DNA from: Octopus vulgaris
Taxonomy: Eukaryota
Assembly: GCA_951406725.2 (NCBI GenBank)
Contig: OX597814.1
Location: 109,864,001 to 109,928,000, forward strand
Reading direction: 5' to 3'
Length of the DNA stretch: 64,000 bases
The position numbers were made by a program, and so were the translations under genes. This document shows, in pieces, positions 38,312 through 50,193 of this stretch; position 1 is the stretch's first letter, and every line of letters begins with the position of its first letter. The notes under the pieces are model-generated. The model did no database searches. It was not told where the DNA came from and saw nothing but the letters and a program-made list of their open reading frames with translations.

Positions 38312-41300
38312 AAATGACTTGTTACATTCAATACTTCTAAACGCAGCCAAGTATCTTTTCCCCACCATCATGAAATTTCTGATCTTCCTCTATTTTAATA
38401 ATTAAGACTGCTTATTATCAGTTCTTTTATTACCTTATGATTTTATTTCATTTTATTAGCTCCTGGTCTATGCCTCCCTCTTTGTCTATCCCTCTACACC
38501 TCAACCATCACCTGTATCTGTTTTTATAACAGGGATTCCAGAATGGTCCACAGGTGCGATTATCATCTAAAACTTCCTGTCTGAAGTGGCCAGTTGAGTC
38601 AAAATGACAATGACTGTTAGTGATAAATGCCATCTTCTTCATGGATGTCAACCTCCTCCCAGCCTAACGACTAAAGTGATGAAGCTCTTTCAAATATATC
38701 CAGCCCTTAACAACTTCTTAGGAAGAAACCAGACACCAGCTCCGGATGGAAAAGCTTGAGGACGACCCTACCCCAATTAACATGGGCATATCCCTGCTGT
38801 AAACTTCTATCTTGGATCAGAAGCAGTATGGATCTAGTGGAAGATACCCAACCACATGAGAATGCAAATGGGATGGTCAAAAGTTCTTTTGGCTGGATGG
38901 GGCTACAAGATCAGCCCAACCACCTATGAAAGTGGAGGGTTGCCTTATGTCTGCCTTATTACCCAACATCTGCAGCTCAAAAGGTCTTGCAAAGTTCAAT
39001 AAAAATACAAAAAAACTGTGTAAAGGAAAGGAAAACTGCTGTGTAATCGTTGTATTTCAGTGAATTGAAAGAAAAGACGAAAGAAGTCATCATCATCATC
39101 GTTTAACGTCCGCTTTCCATGCTGGCATGTGTTGGACAGTTTGACTGAGGACTGGCAAACTGGGAGGTTGCACCAAGTTCCAATCTGATCTGGCAAGGTT
39201 TCTGCAGCTGGATGCCCTTCCTAATGCCAACAACTACTATAAAATTGTAGTGGGTGTTTTTTATGTGCCACCAGCATGAGAGCCAATCAGACAGCACTGG
39301 CATTGGCCACGCTCAAATGATGCTGTTTATGTGTCACCAGCATGGGAGCCAGTCAGGTGGGCTAACATAGTTCACACTTGAATGTTTTTTTTTATGTGCT
39401 ACCAATATGTTGTCAGGCGGCACTGGCATCAGCCATGACAACAATTTTACTTGACTCAACAGGTCTTCTCAAGCACAGCAGATTGCCCAAGGATTGAAGG
39501 GTACTTTTAAATGGGCCGGGTACTTTTAAACCTTTATCTGTTATTCTTTAGCTTGTTTCAGTCATTAGACTGCGACCATACTGGAGCTGAACTGCTAAGT
39601 TATGGGGATGTAAACACACCACCACTGATTGTCAAGTGGTGGTGGTGGACAAACACACACACACACATGATGAGCTTCTTTCAGTGTCTGTCTACTAAAT
39701 CCACTCACAAAGCTTTGGTTGACCTGTTGCTCTAGTAGAAGACACTTGCCCAAGGTGCCATGCAGTGGGACTGAACCTGGAGCCATGTGGTTGGCAAGCA
39801 AACTTCTTACCTCACAGCCACACCTGTGCCCTTGGCACTGCTTCCTATTCGTCTTGCTTGGACATAGACTCAAGTCCTGTGATGTCTGTTCCGTGTAGCA
39901 TATGTGATTAATGCACACAAAATATATTCTCTGGAAATGAAATATGAGACAAGCAAAACAAAGCGAAACAAACATTCATCTGCTAACAAGACAAACCGAC
40001 AAGAATTCAAGTAAACAGAGATGACATTTGCTATTTATATAGAGGTGGGCATGGCTGTATTGTTGAGAAGCTTACTTTCCGGATTCATGGTTTGGGTTCA
40101 ATACCTACCTTGGGTAAGTATCTTCTACTATACCCCTGGGCCGACCAATGCTTTCTGAGGGGATTTGACTGACAGAGAATGTGTGGAATTCTGTCATGTA
40201 TATTCGTATGTATTAAATCCAATTTTGAGTTTTTAACATCTTTTCTCCATTTTTATAATTATTTATGGTATCTTTATACCTATAACAAACTTTTTCAATA
40301 TATATATTTTAAATATAAGGTAAAAGTTAAATATTGATTTTTTACCAGTAGCCAGTGTGATTAAAAATGTGTGTGTGTTTGTATGTGTGTGTGTGCCTGT
40401 GCTTTCCCCCACCCATCACTTGACAAACAGTGTTTAGTTGTTTACATCCTTGTAACTTAGCAGTTTAACAAAAGAGACCAATAAAATAAGTACTAAACTC
40501 AAAAATAAGCACTAGGGGCAATGTGTTCAACTAAGACCCATCAAGGTGGTATTGCAGCATGCCACAGTCCAGTGACTGAAACAAGTAAACGATAGATCGA
40601 TTCCACATGTAGATATTTCTTAGAGCCAAAGATGAGAGCTGGGTGCCTGGCAGGAACCGATGACTACTGGTGAGCTGTCTTGTAAAGAACTGCAAAATCT
40701 CCTACCAAAAGTACTGTCTCTCATGCTCCACACCTAATTACAATGGCAATTAAGAGCAAATTATAGATTTCTCCTTGTAGATTTTGGAGTTCAGCTCCTC
40801 TATTCCACAACTGTAGCCTATACTTTCTTTTAAAGAGCCATCTAGTCACTTAAAGAAGTTTGATTTCAACACTGCAAGTTAAAAACTGAGGTGGTTTCAA
40901 ATCTGTTAAGCTTGTTCAACAAACAAGAATGGTGTGGATGGAAACTGGATTCTGTGTTCTCATTGATGAAGAAGGAGGAAGGAAAATCATCATCATCATC
41001 GTTGTCACCGTTTAACGTCTGCTTTCCATGCTAGCATGGGTTGGACGATTTGACTGAGGGCTGGTGAACCAGATGGCTGCACCAGGCTCCAATCTTGATC
41101 TGGCAGAGTTTCTACAGCTTGATGTCCTTCCTAATGCCAACCACTCCAAGAGTGTAGTGGGTGCTTTTTACATGCCACCGGCACGGGGGCCAGTCAGGCA
41201 GTACTGGCAATGACCTCACTCGAGTCTTTTTACACATGCCACCAGCACAGGTGCCAGTAAGGCAACGTTGGTAATGATCACGCTTGAATGGTGCCCTTTT

Positions 41301-41979
41301 ACATGCCACAGCACGTAAATATCTTTGGAAGGAAATTAACTATGGAAGGAAATTGGAGACACAATTGAAATTGTTTTGAATGAAACTGTATTATGAAGAT
41401 TATAAATTTATTGTTCAATTAAGATTTTTAGAGAGAAAATTGATGAATAAACACCAAAAAATGAAAAAGAGCTCAATTAATGAAAGGTCGTTAAACTTCA
41501 ACATGTTATTACATTGCTGTAATTCTAGGTGGAACTGTCTAGTATGTGTCTGCATAATTGGCTCAAACTGCAAGCAACAACACCAGTTGTGCATCCCTTG
41601 CGTTACTTTTAGCTGTGAGTGCAGCAACAGTGAAGGTGGTCAGATATAATTCATTGGCCCTTCCTGGCTCAGATGATAACTTAATGACTTTGCCATCTGT
41701 GACATTCAAACTAAATTTATTACCCATTAAACACGATAAGAAACAGTTAGATGGCAGTTGGATGATTTATATTTTCATGTTTATTTTACCATCATTATTA
41801 ACATTACACAATGTTTCAGTATATTTTAACTTCACGAATTTGGCTTTCAACATCTTGGTAATATCTCAATATCATCTTTCGGTTTAAGGTGGCAAGCTGG
41901 TGCAATCATTAGCATACTGGGCAGACTGCTTAATGACATTTTATCTGGCTTCATGGTCTGAGTTCAAATTCCAGCAGCT

Positions 41980-42360
41980 CACGTTCTCTTTGTGCTCCTG
42001 TGTTCCCATTTTGTTTGCAGGAGATGGCACCACTGTTTGTGCAGCTACACCAGGCAGGGCTGACCTGTGTTTGCATTTTCCAGATGTCAGGGTTGACCTG
42101 AAAGCACCTCAGTGAGGCTTTAAGTGTGTCCTTAAAGCGCTTTTTCTGTCGACCTTTCATATGCTTGCCTTCTGCCAGTTCGTTGTAAAACACTCTTTTG
42201 GGGAGTCACATGTCAGGCACTCGAACAGGGTAGCCTCCTCCTCTAACTTGCACTCTCCTCAGCAACATGTAAATGCTTGACAGACCAGCTTGAGAGAGGA
42301 CCTCCATGCCTGGGGCTCGGTCTTGCCGGGGAATTTCAACAGCTTTCTCAGACAGTTCAT
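41980..42360 (-). mobile_element. RTE (BovB-like) LINE C-terminal fragment
   Basis: FYNELAEGKHMKGRQKKRFKDTLKASL..W motif. Confidence 0.75.
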
Positions 42361-43384
42361 GTTTGTTTTTAGATTCAGTTAAAATATAAACAGTTTTACA
42401 TTAATTGGCCAATACACATAAACACACACACATGCACACACACATACACACACATACACACACACACACACATGCACAAACACACACACACACACACACA
42501 CAGTGGGTAACAATACAATAGAAGGCATAGAATACAGACAGACAGGAAAGTGCTCAGACTAGATCTAATTCCTAAAATCCAACATCCTTATCATAGAAGA
42601 CATAATCTGGTTAAACAAAGACAGCTAAAGGAAATACATTGGTTGAGCTGAGGAAAATAAAAATAAAAGATGGTTGAGAAGCTGTTTAAAGTATCAAAGC
42701 ATTTATAAGTTGTGCAAATACGTATCTGAATATAATTAAGCAAAAACCAGGAAGGTAGTCTATCGTAGCCCTTCATAAATGAGTAGATATCTTGAAATAT
42801 AACTGAGAAAAGTGAATTTATTATAGTAGTAACTATGGAAGACTGGTGGAATTATTATTTGTATGGACTTAAAGATTGGTTGCTATTTAGTATATAATTT
42901 AGTTAGTGTAGGTTTACTATTAATACCGATACAGATGTCCATAGATTTATGTGTTTCTTTGTTGTAGTTTAATTTTAAAGTAAGTGCTTAATCCTGCCTG
43001 TATTTAGATTGAATGAATGTGGTTATTAAGCTTTCACTTTTATATTATACTATGGAAGACTGTAGGGAATAAAATGTATGACTTAAAGGTTTGGTTACTG
43101 TTTAGCTAGGAATTTAGGAGTTGGTTATAGATTTACTTATTGAATTAATTTACCGATATGGTCCTACATAGGGTAAATGTGTTTGAAAGTTGTGGTTTCT
43201 TTGGTATGTTTGTTCCCAAACAGCACTTCTTTTGGTGCTGTTGGCACCGCCAGACTGAATGGTACTGCCCTGGTGTTGAAACCATAATGATAGACGTGGG
43301 GCAGCTGATGATGGAGGTACGTTGGATTGTTGGTATGGCTGTTTTTGTATATGTGGTATAGTATTATAACACATCCTTTTGATA

Positions 43385-44883
43385 TCATCATCATCATCAT
43401 CATCATCGTTTAACGTCCGTTTTCCGCGCTAGCACGGGTTGGACGGTTCGACCGGGGTCTGGGAAGCCAGGGGCCGCTCCAGGCTCCAGTCTGATTCTGG
43501 CAGAGTTTCTACGGCTGGATGCCCTTCCTAACGCCAACCACTCCGTGAGTGGATTGGGTGCTTTTTACGTGCCACCTGCACAGGGGCCGGGGGGTCCGGC
43601 ATCGGTCACGATCGGTTCGAGCTTTTAACGTGCCAGGGACACGGGGGCAACGGGATGCGGGGTAGAGTTGAGTTGGGTCCAGCTGAGAAAGGTTTCACCA
43701 GTGAAAAGAGAGGGAGAGATAGTAAAGGGGTGCAGGTAATATAGGGGAGCACCAGTGGGGAAGGTTGGGGGAGGAGGAACGATGGCAGGAAGGGTTGGTG
43801 AAGGTTCGTAAGAAATATAAACGTAGGATGTGTATATATATATATGGGTAGGTGTGGGGAAGGTTGGGTGGGTAAGGAGGAACGATGGCAGGAAGGGTTG
43901 GTGCAGGTTCGTAAGAAATAAAAACGTAGGATATTACGAGGCATGGAGGGGACTGGAAGGAGATAGTAGGATTGAGGCAGTGTCAGATTCAAAACAGGAG
44001 GAAGCGTAAGATCAGAGGGCGGTTGATGAGCTGAGACGCTAGCAGCTTGTCTTTTCTCAGTGAAAGCATATGAGGAGAAGGGGTAGGAAGGGGTGGTGGG
44101 GGAGGAGGAGGGAGTATCCGGTGTAGATGGTGAGAACAGTGTTCACCGGTATTGGTGGTATTGGCGGTGGGGGGGGTATTAGTGGGGGGGGGTGGTATTG
44201 GTGGTGGTGGGGGTGGTATTGGTGGTGGTGGTGGGGGTGGTATTGGTGGTGGGGGTGGTATTGGTGGTGGGGGTGGTATTGGTGGTGGGGGTGGTTTGGT
44301 GGTGGGGGTGGTATTGGTGGTGGGGGTGGTATTGGTGGTGGGGGTGGTATTGGTGGTGGGGGTGGTATTGGTGGTGGGGGTGGTATTGGTGGTGGGGGTG
44401 GTATTGGTGGTGGGGGTGGGAGGGCGGGCGCACCGCGCAATGGGAGAAGATGAGATTTTTAGGCGGCAGAAAGAAAGACAGGATTTGAGATGGAATGCTT
44501 TGCGATCGTGTGCATAAGTTTCTATGAGTGGAAGTTGGGAAAAGATGGGTTAGAGAATTTAGCGACAGAAAGAAAGACCAAATTTGAGACGAGATGTTTT
44601 TGCGAAGTTTTTGTAAATGAAAGTTTATATGCTTCAGCTAGCATTTGAGACGAAAGACAACGATAACGCCAATATATGGGGAAACAATAATAATAAGAAG
44701 GCTTGATGGTGATGATGATACTTGCAAAAACAATGAAAAGAAGGAACAGGACTTAGCTGATATTTTTCATCCTGCGTATTGGCTAAGCCTGTGGAAGCGA
44801 GTGAAGGCGAGATATATATACAGAGAGAGAGAGAGACAGTGATAACAGAGGGAGAAACCGACACCACATAGCGAGAGAGAGAG

Positions 44884-44952
<69 letters not shown>

Positions 44953-45427
44953 GTGATAACAGAGGGACAAAACGACACCGCGCAATGGGAGAAGATGAGA
45001 TTTTTAGGCGGCAGAAAGAAAGACAGGATTTGAGATGGAATGCTTTGCGATCGTGTGCATAAGTTTCTATGAGTGGAAGTTGGGAAAAGATGGGTTAGAG
45101 AATTTAGCGACAGAAAGAAAGACCAAATTTGAGACGAGATGTTTTTGCGAAGTTTTTGTAAATGAAAGTTTATATGCTTCAGCTAGCATTTGAGACGAAA
45201 GACAACGATAACGCCAATATATGGGGAAACAATAATAATAAGAAGGCTTGATGGTGATGATGATACTTGCAAAAACAATGAAAAGAAGGAACAGGACTTA
45301 GCTGATATTTTTCATCCTGCGTATTGGCTAAGCCTGTGGAAGCGAGTGAAGGCGAGATATATATACAGAGAGAGAGAGAGACAGTGATAACAGAGGGAGA
45401 AACCGACACCACATAGCGAGAGAGAGA

Positions 45428-45493
<66 letters not shown>

Positions 45494-45976
45494 GTGATAA
45501 CAGAGGGACAAAACGACACCGCGCAATGGGAGAAGATGAGATTTTTAGGCGGCAGAAAGAAAGACAGGATTTGAGATGGAATGCTTTGCGATCGTGTGCA
45601 TAAGTTTCTATGAGTGGAAGTTGGGAAAAGATGGGTTAGAGAATTTAGCGACAGAAAGAAAGACCAAATTTGAGACGAGATGTTTTTGCGAAGTTTTTGT
45701 AAATGAAAGTTTATATGCTTCAGCTAGCATTTGAGACGAAAGACAACGATAACGCCAATATATGGGGAAACAATAATAATAAGAAGGCTTGATGGTGATG
45801 ATGATACTTGCAAAAACAATGAAAAGAAGGAACAGGACTTAGCTGATATTTTTCATCCTGCGTATTGGCTAAGCCTGTGGAAGCGAGTGAAGGCGAGATA
45901 TATATACAGAGAGAGAGAGAGACAGTGATAACAGAGGGAGAAACCGACACCACATAGCGAGAGAGAGAGAGCGAGA
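43385..45976 (-). mobile_element. Composite retroposon: tandem ~545-bp monomers + 18-bp VNTR + unique linker + RTE 3' tail
   Basis: Monomers start at 44431, 44976 and 45517. VNTR at 44148-44420. RTE tail with (GAT)n at 43385-43650. A sister copy lies at 56302-57934. Confidence 0.75.
44148..44420. repeat. G-rich 18-bp minisatellite (GGTATTGGTGGTGGGGGT)n, about 14 copies
   Basis: Direct reading. Only single units occur in the sister element (56768, 56955). Confidence 0.95.
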
Positions 45977-46098
45977 AATAATTGAGATTCAGTTGAATTA
46001 GGTACTTAAGTTGAAGTACCAAGTCAATGTGGTATTATCTGCACAGCTCGAAGTAAGGTGAATAAAATCAAAATAAGCAACAGGATATCAAGAAGTGA

Positions 46099-46184
46099 TG
46101 CGGTACGACTGTTTCAAGTGGCTCCATTTAATTGAACAATGTAATCATTACATCAATTTAAATGCAGAGCTATCATCAGCTGCA
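46099..46184 (-). ncRNA. Type I hammerhead ribozyme motif with extended stem II hairpin
   Basis: Minus strand: TGCAG-CTGATGA-TAGCTC..CATTTAAATTGA..TCAATTAAATG-GAGCCACTT-GAAAC-AGTC-GTA-CCGCA. Confidence 0.7.
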
Positions 46185-48503
46185 CAAATAAACAGAATTT
46201 TAATCAGCTGGACACATTAATATAATTTTTTCTCAAATACTTTAACAGAGCAAGAAGACGGTAGGAATCTATGTTGTCGCTATTGTAGCTAAGAATAGAC
46301 TACACTTCCAAGAAAGGCATGAAGCCCACTGCAGTCATTGCTTGTAAAGTATTGTGGTTCATTTCTAATTTATTTGTCTTTTTATCAACTACTAAATCTA
46401 AGACTAGAGGACTGTGTTTGTATAGAATGAAGGGCAAGAGTGAGTTGACAGCTCATGGCTAGGTATGCTCATAAATATTGTCAAGACATTAGGAGTAGTA
46501 AATTGGTTATAGAGTGACTATAAAAGGAGGCTGAGTAGGGGAAGACTCTAAATCATGATGTTAACTACCAGTTAAAGGGGCAAGAGGCTAATAAAACCTA
46601 CAATGTTAATACAGAGGAAATTTTATCATGGGGTCCTATGAGTGATTGTTTATACTCAACATACTGTATAAAAATAATATTTAAGATTATCAAAAATGAT
46701 ATCATAACCAAAATAGGTTAAATGTGTGTATATATTAATTATCAACATCAAAAAGGAAAGATTACATAGAATCAGTTTAATATTTATTCATGTACTTAAT
46801 TCTTTACTTATTAGGTGGCTTCGATAAAGTCTGCTCAGGGTTTTTGCTTATGGAATACTGGAAAGATAAACATGCTATCATCATCATCATCGTCATCATC
46901 ATCATTTAATGTCTGCTTTCCATGCTAGCATGGGTTGGACAATTTGACTGAGGACTAGTGAACCAGATGGCTGCACCAGGCTCCAATCTTGATCTGGCAG
47001 AGTTTCTACAGCTTGATGCCCTTCCTAATGCCAACCACTCCGAGAGTGTAGTGGGTGCTTTTATGTGCCACCGGCACGAGGGGCAGTCAGGCAGTACTGG
47101 CAATGGGCATGCTCAAATGGTATTTTTTACATTACACCTGCACAGATCTATATATTAATTGTAAGCCAAGAATCAGAAAAAATAAAGATGTGAACAGATA
47201 TACACACATATTTATCTATGAGCACACATGCACACATACACAAATATTAATATAGATATAGTATAACCTTCACACATAGACTTAAATAACTAAAAAGTAT
47301 CTATTTGCAAACAAGAAAAATAACAATTTAAAAGGGATAAGAGGTTAATATACAAATATTTATATGTTTATATGGATATAGTATAACAATCTCGCATAGA
47401 CCTAAGTAGCCAAAAAATCTCCATTTACGAACAGTAACAACTTATAAGGGATACAAGGTTAATAGGTAAGGATATCAAAGTCAGAAAACAAAATAAAAAT
47501 TTATAGAAAATAATAAGAAATACATATAACCTATATTTAAAGAGACGGGGTATTAAAATTTGAGGTAGGGAAGACATAAAGGTAACCTGAAAAGAGTAGG
47601 AAGTAGGTATGGACGTAGTGAGAGCAATTAGAGGTATTCAGACCAAAGAGATTCTATAAGTTGCAATATTACAGGTGCTCTTACATATATGATTTTATAG
47701 TTTCTAGTAGGTATGTAATTAGGAAACTTACTTGCATAAAAGCCATTACAAATATGATCAGTAGGGTAGAACATCATAGAAAGGAAGAAAATAGTTTAAT
47801 CACCAAAAACATGATGAAGTCAGACTAACTAGGCAAGTGTTTTCATGGGATAGTAATTACATATAGCACACCACACACCATAACATATAGCTTATAACAT
47901 ATGTAATGCAATTTAATTCACCATATAATTCAATATTCCATGGTCTTATTATATATAATACTAGAGGGTAAGTTTACAACGGATATGACACCAAAAATTA
48001 ATTTCCACCTTCAAAGTTCAAGTATGGCACCTATAATCACTAATTTGCAAAATACTGAAATGTATGGGTGACACTATGCACTCATGATACCCTTAGGTCT
48101 AATCTGTTATTAATCAGGTTGTTCTTGTCCCTATGCTTAAAAATCTCATAAGTTTCCATAGATCACAGCTCACACCTGTATCAACTATCTCTGTAAAGCT
48201 GCGCTCTCTGTATTATATCCCATTTAAGTCTAAATTCGATCCAGCTTTCCTTCAGTTCCCAAATCTTGCTAGATAAGGATGTACAATTGGTTTTATGTTT
48301 GAGTCTAAAAGATGAAAAATGATTATTGATACGTTTTTCATATTTATCGAACATCCTATAATATATAAAGTTACCAGCCTCAGTTATGATTGTACATTTA
48401 AAAATTACGTTTTGGATTAGACATCGGCCTAATAATGGACAGTAGGATTTATCTCTACAATTGCAACCAAGAGCATTACTACTATTAATATTATTGATAT
48501 TCC

Positions 48504-48537
<34 letters not shown>

Positions 48538-48538
<1 letters not shown>

Positions 48539-49960
48539 TATGTTTGACTTTTGCTTTATATTTGTACAAGTTGGCTCCAAGTCTCACCCAGAGACCTCAA
48601 GAGACAACAGGGCTGGAAGTTCATGTTGTTGTTATGCCTAGTGTGCCATATATTTGGGGGGTGGGGGTGTTGTACTAATGAATGTCTAAAAAAAAAATTT
48701 TTTTTTTTTTTTTAAACCGAAAATTATGTTTGTTTTAAACCTTGAGATTACATAGAAAGTATTTTGCGTAGGATATGAGCAGTTCCCATGAGCACTATCT
48801 TTTGAATTTCTGCCATTTTGGGGTTTCCTGGTATCTGAGTTAGGTAGCTATCTGCCCCTTTTGCTATCATTCCCAGGGCACCTATGACAACAGGTATTGT
48901 TTTAGTCTTCAGCTTCCACATTTTGCTGATTTCTATTTCAAGATCTTTATATTTGCTCAGTTTTTGGTAGGTCTTGACAGATACGTTTATATCGATTGGG
49001 ACAGTCATATCAATGAGGAGGCATGTTCTTTGTTTGAAGTCTTTCAATATGATGTCTGGCCTATTTGCATCTATCTTTCTGTCAGTTTGAATGGCGAAGT
49101 TCCAGAGGAGTGAGATGTGGTCATTTTCAAGCACTGGGGGTGGTTTGTGTTCCCGCCAGTTTTTTTTCATGGGGCAAATCCAGGTTTTTACAGATTACCC
49201 AGTGAATATATTGTGCAGCTCTATCGTGCCTGTTGAGATATTCTGTAGGCACTAGAAGACTGCACTTGGAGACCACATGGTCAATGGTTTCATTTTGTTG
49301 CTTGCATACACGACACGTTGGACTGCTTCTGATCTTTAATATGTTGGCCTGGTAGTTTCTTGTTGGTAGGCATTGATCTTGAGCTGCTATGATAAACCCC
49401 TCTGTTTCAGATTTTAAGCCAGAGGCCATTAGCCATTGATGGGTCAGGGCTTTGTCAACATCTGCATTATTTGCTCTCTTTGGGTATTTGCCATAGAGAG
49501 GTTTTTCTTGCCATTTATCATTCAGAATATCTAAGGCTGCAGATTTAGCACGGGTTTTCATGCGCTTAGCTTTTTCTGTGCCTGTTTCTTGTATGTCTAT
49601 CTCTAATTCCGAAATTTGTTGTATTCGGAATTCACTTAGATATTCCTTTGCCTGTTTTGTTACTGAGTATGATGCTTTCTTGTTTTCATGTTTTGAGACA
49701 AGTTTTAACATCCAGTCCTCAGAGTTTTTCAGGTAGGTGTCTAGGCCAATTGTAGCAATCTTCATTGTTATTGCCAGTTGTAAAAGTCCACGGCCTCCCT
49801 CTTTTCTTGGCAGATAAAGTCGTTCTGTATCTGCCTTAGGGTGGTGCATTCTATGCATTGTCAACAGTTTTCGTATTTTTCTGTCAAGATTACATATTTC
49901 AGTAATTGACCAGTTAACGATACTGAAACTGTAAGTCACGACTGGTATGGCTAATGCATT
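48538..49960 (-). mobile_element. 5'-truncated R4/Dong-like RLE LINE inserted in (AAT)n
   Basis: INALAIPVVTYSF..RLYLPRKEGGRGL, CCHC knuckle CRVC..ETIDHVVSKC, and RLE RPDI..LLID..VP..KLSKY. Frameshift at ~49165. The 3' UTR ends in (AAT)n. Confidence 0.93.
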
Positions 49961-49972
49961 GATTATTATTAA

Positions 49973-50028
<56 letters not shown>

Positions 50029-50031
<3 letters not shown>

Positions 50032-50125
50032 TATGTTTGACTTTTGCTTTATATTTGTACAAGTTGGCTCCAAGTCTCACCCAGAGACCTCAAGAGACAA
50101 CAGGTTGAAAGTTCGTGTTGTTGTT
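50029..50125 (-). mobile_element. Second, very short 3'-end copy of the same R4/Dong-like LINE
   Basis: Near-identical to 48538-48630 and flanked by (AAT)n. Confidence 0.9.
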
Positions 50126-50129
50126 GTTG

Positions 50130-50193
<64 letters not shown>

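Noticed and set aside
44057-44517. Pro-, Gly-, His- or Trp-rich ORFs
   Set aside because: Translations of an 18-bp VNTR in several frames; no evidence of a gene.
44645-45928. Three identical 65-aa ORFs (MRRKTTITP..)
   Set aside because: They begin at TTG, follow from the tandem duplication, and the frame is not kept in the sister monomers at 57 kb.
49960-50080. N-terminal poly-Ile of the 317-aa ORF as a signal or transmembrane segment
   Set aside because: Read-through of the (AAT)n target tract and a neighbouring 3' UTR copy.
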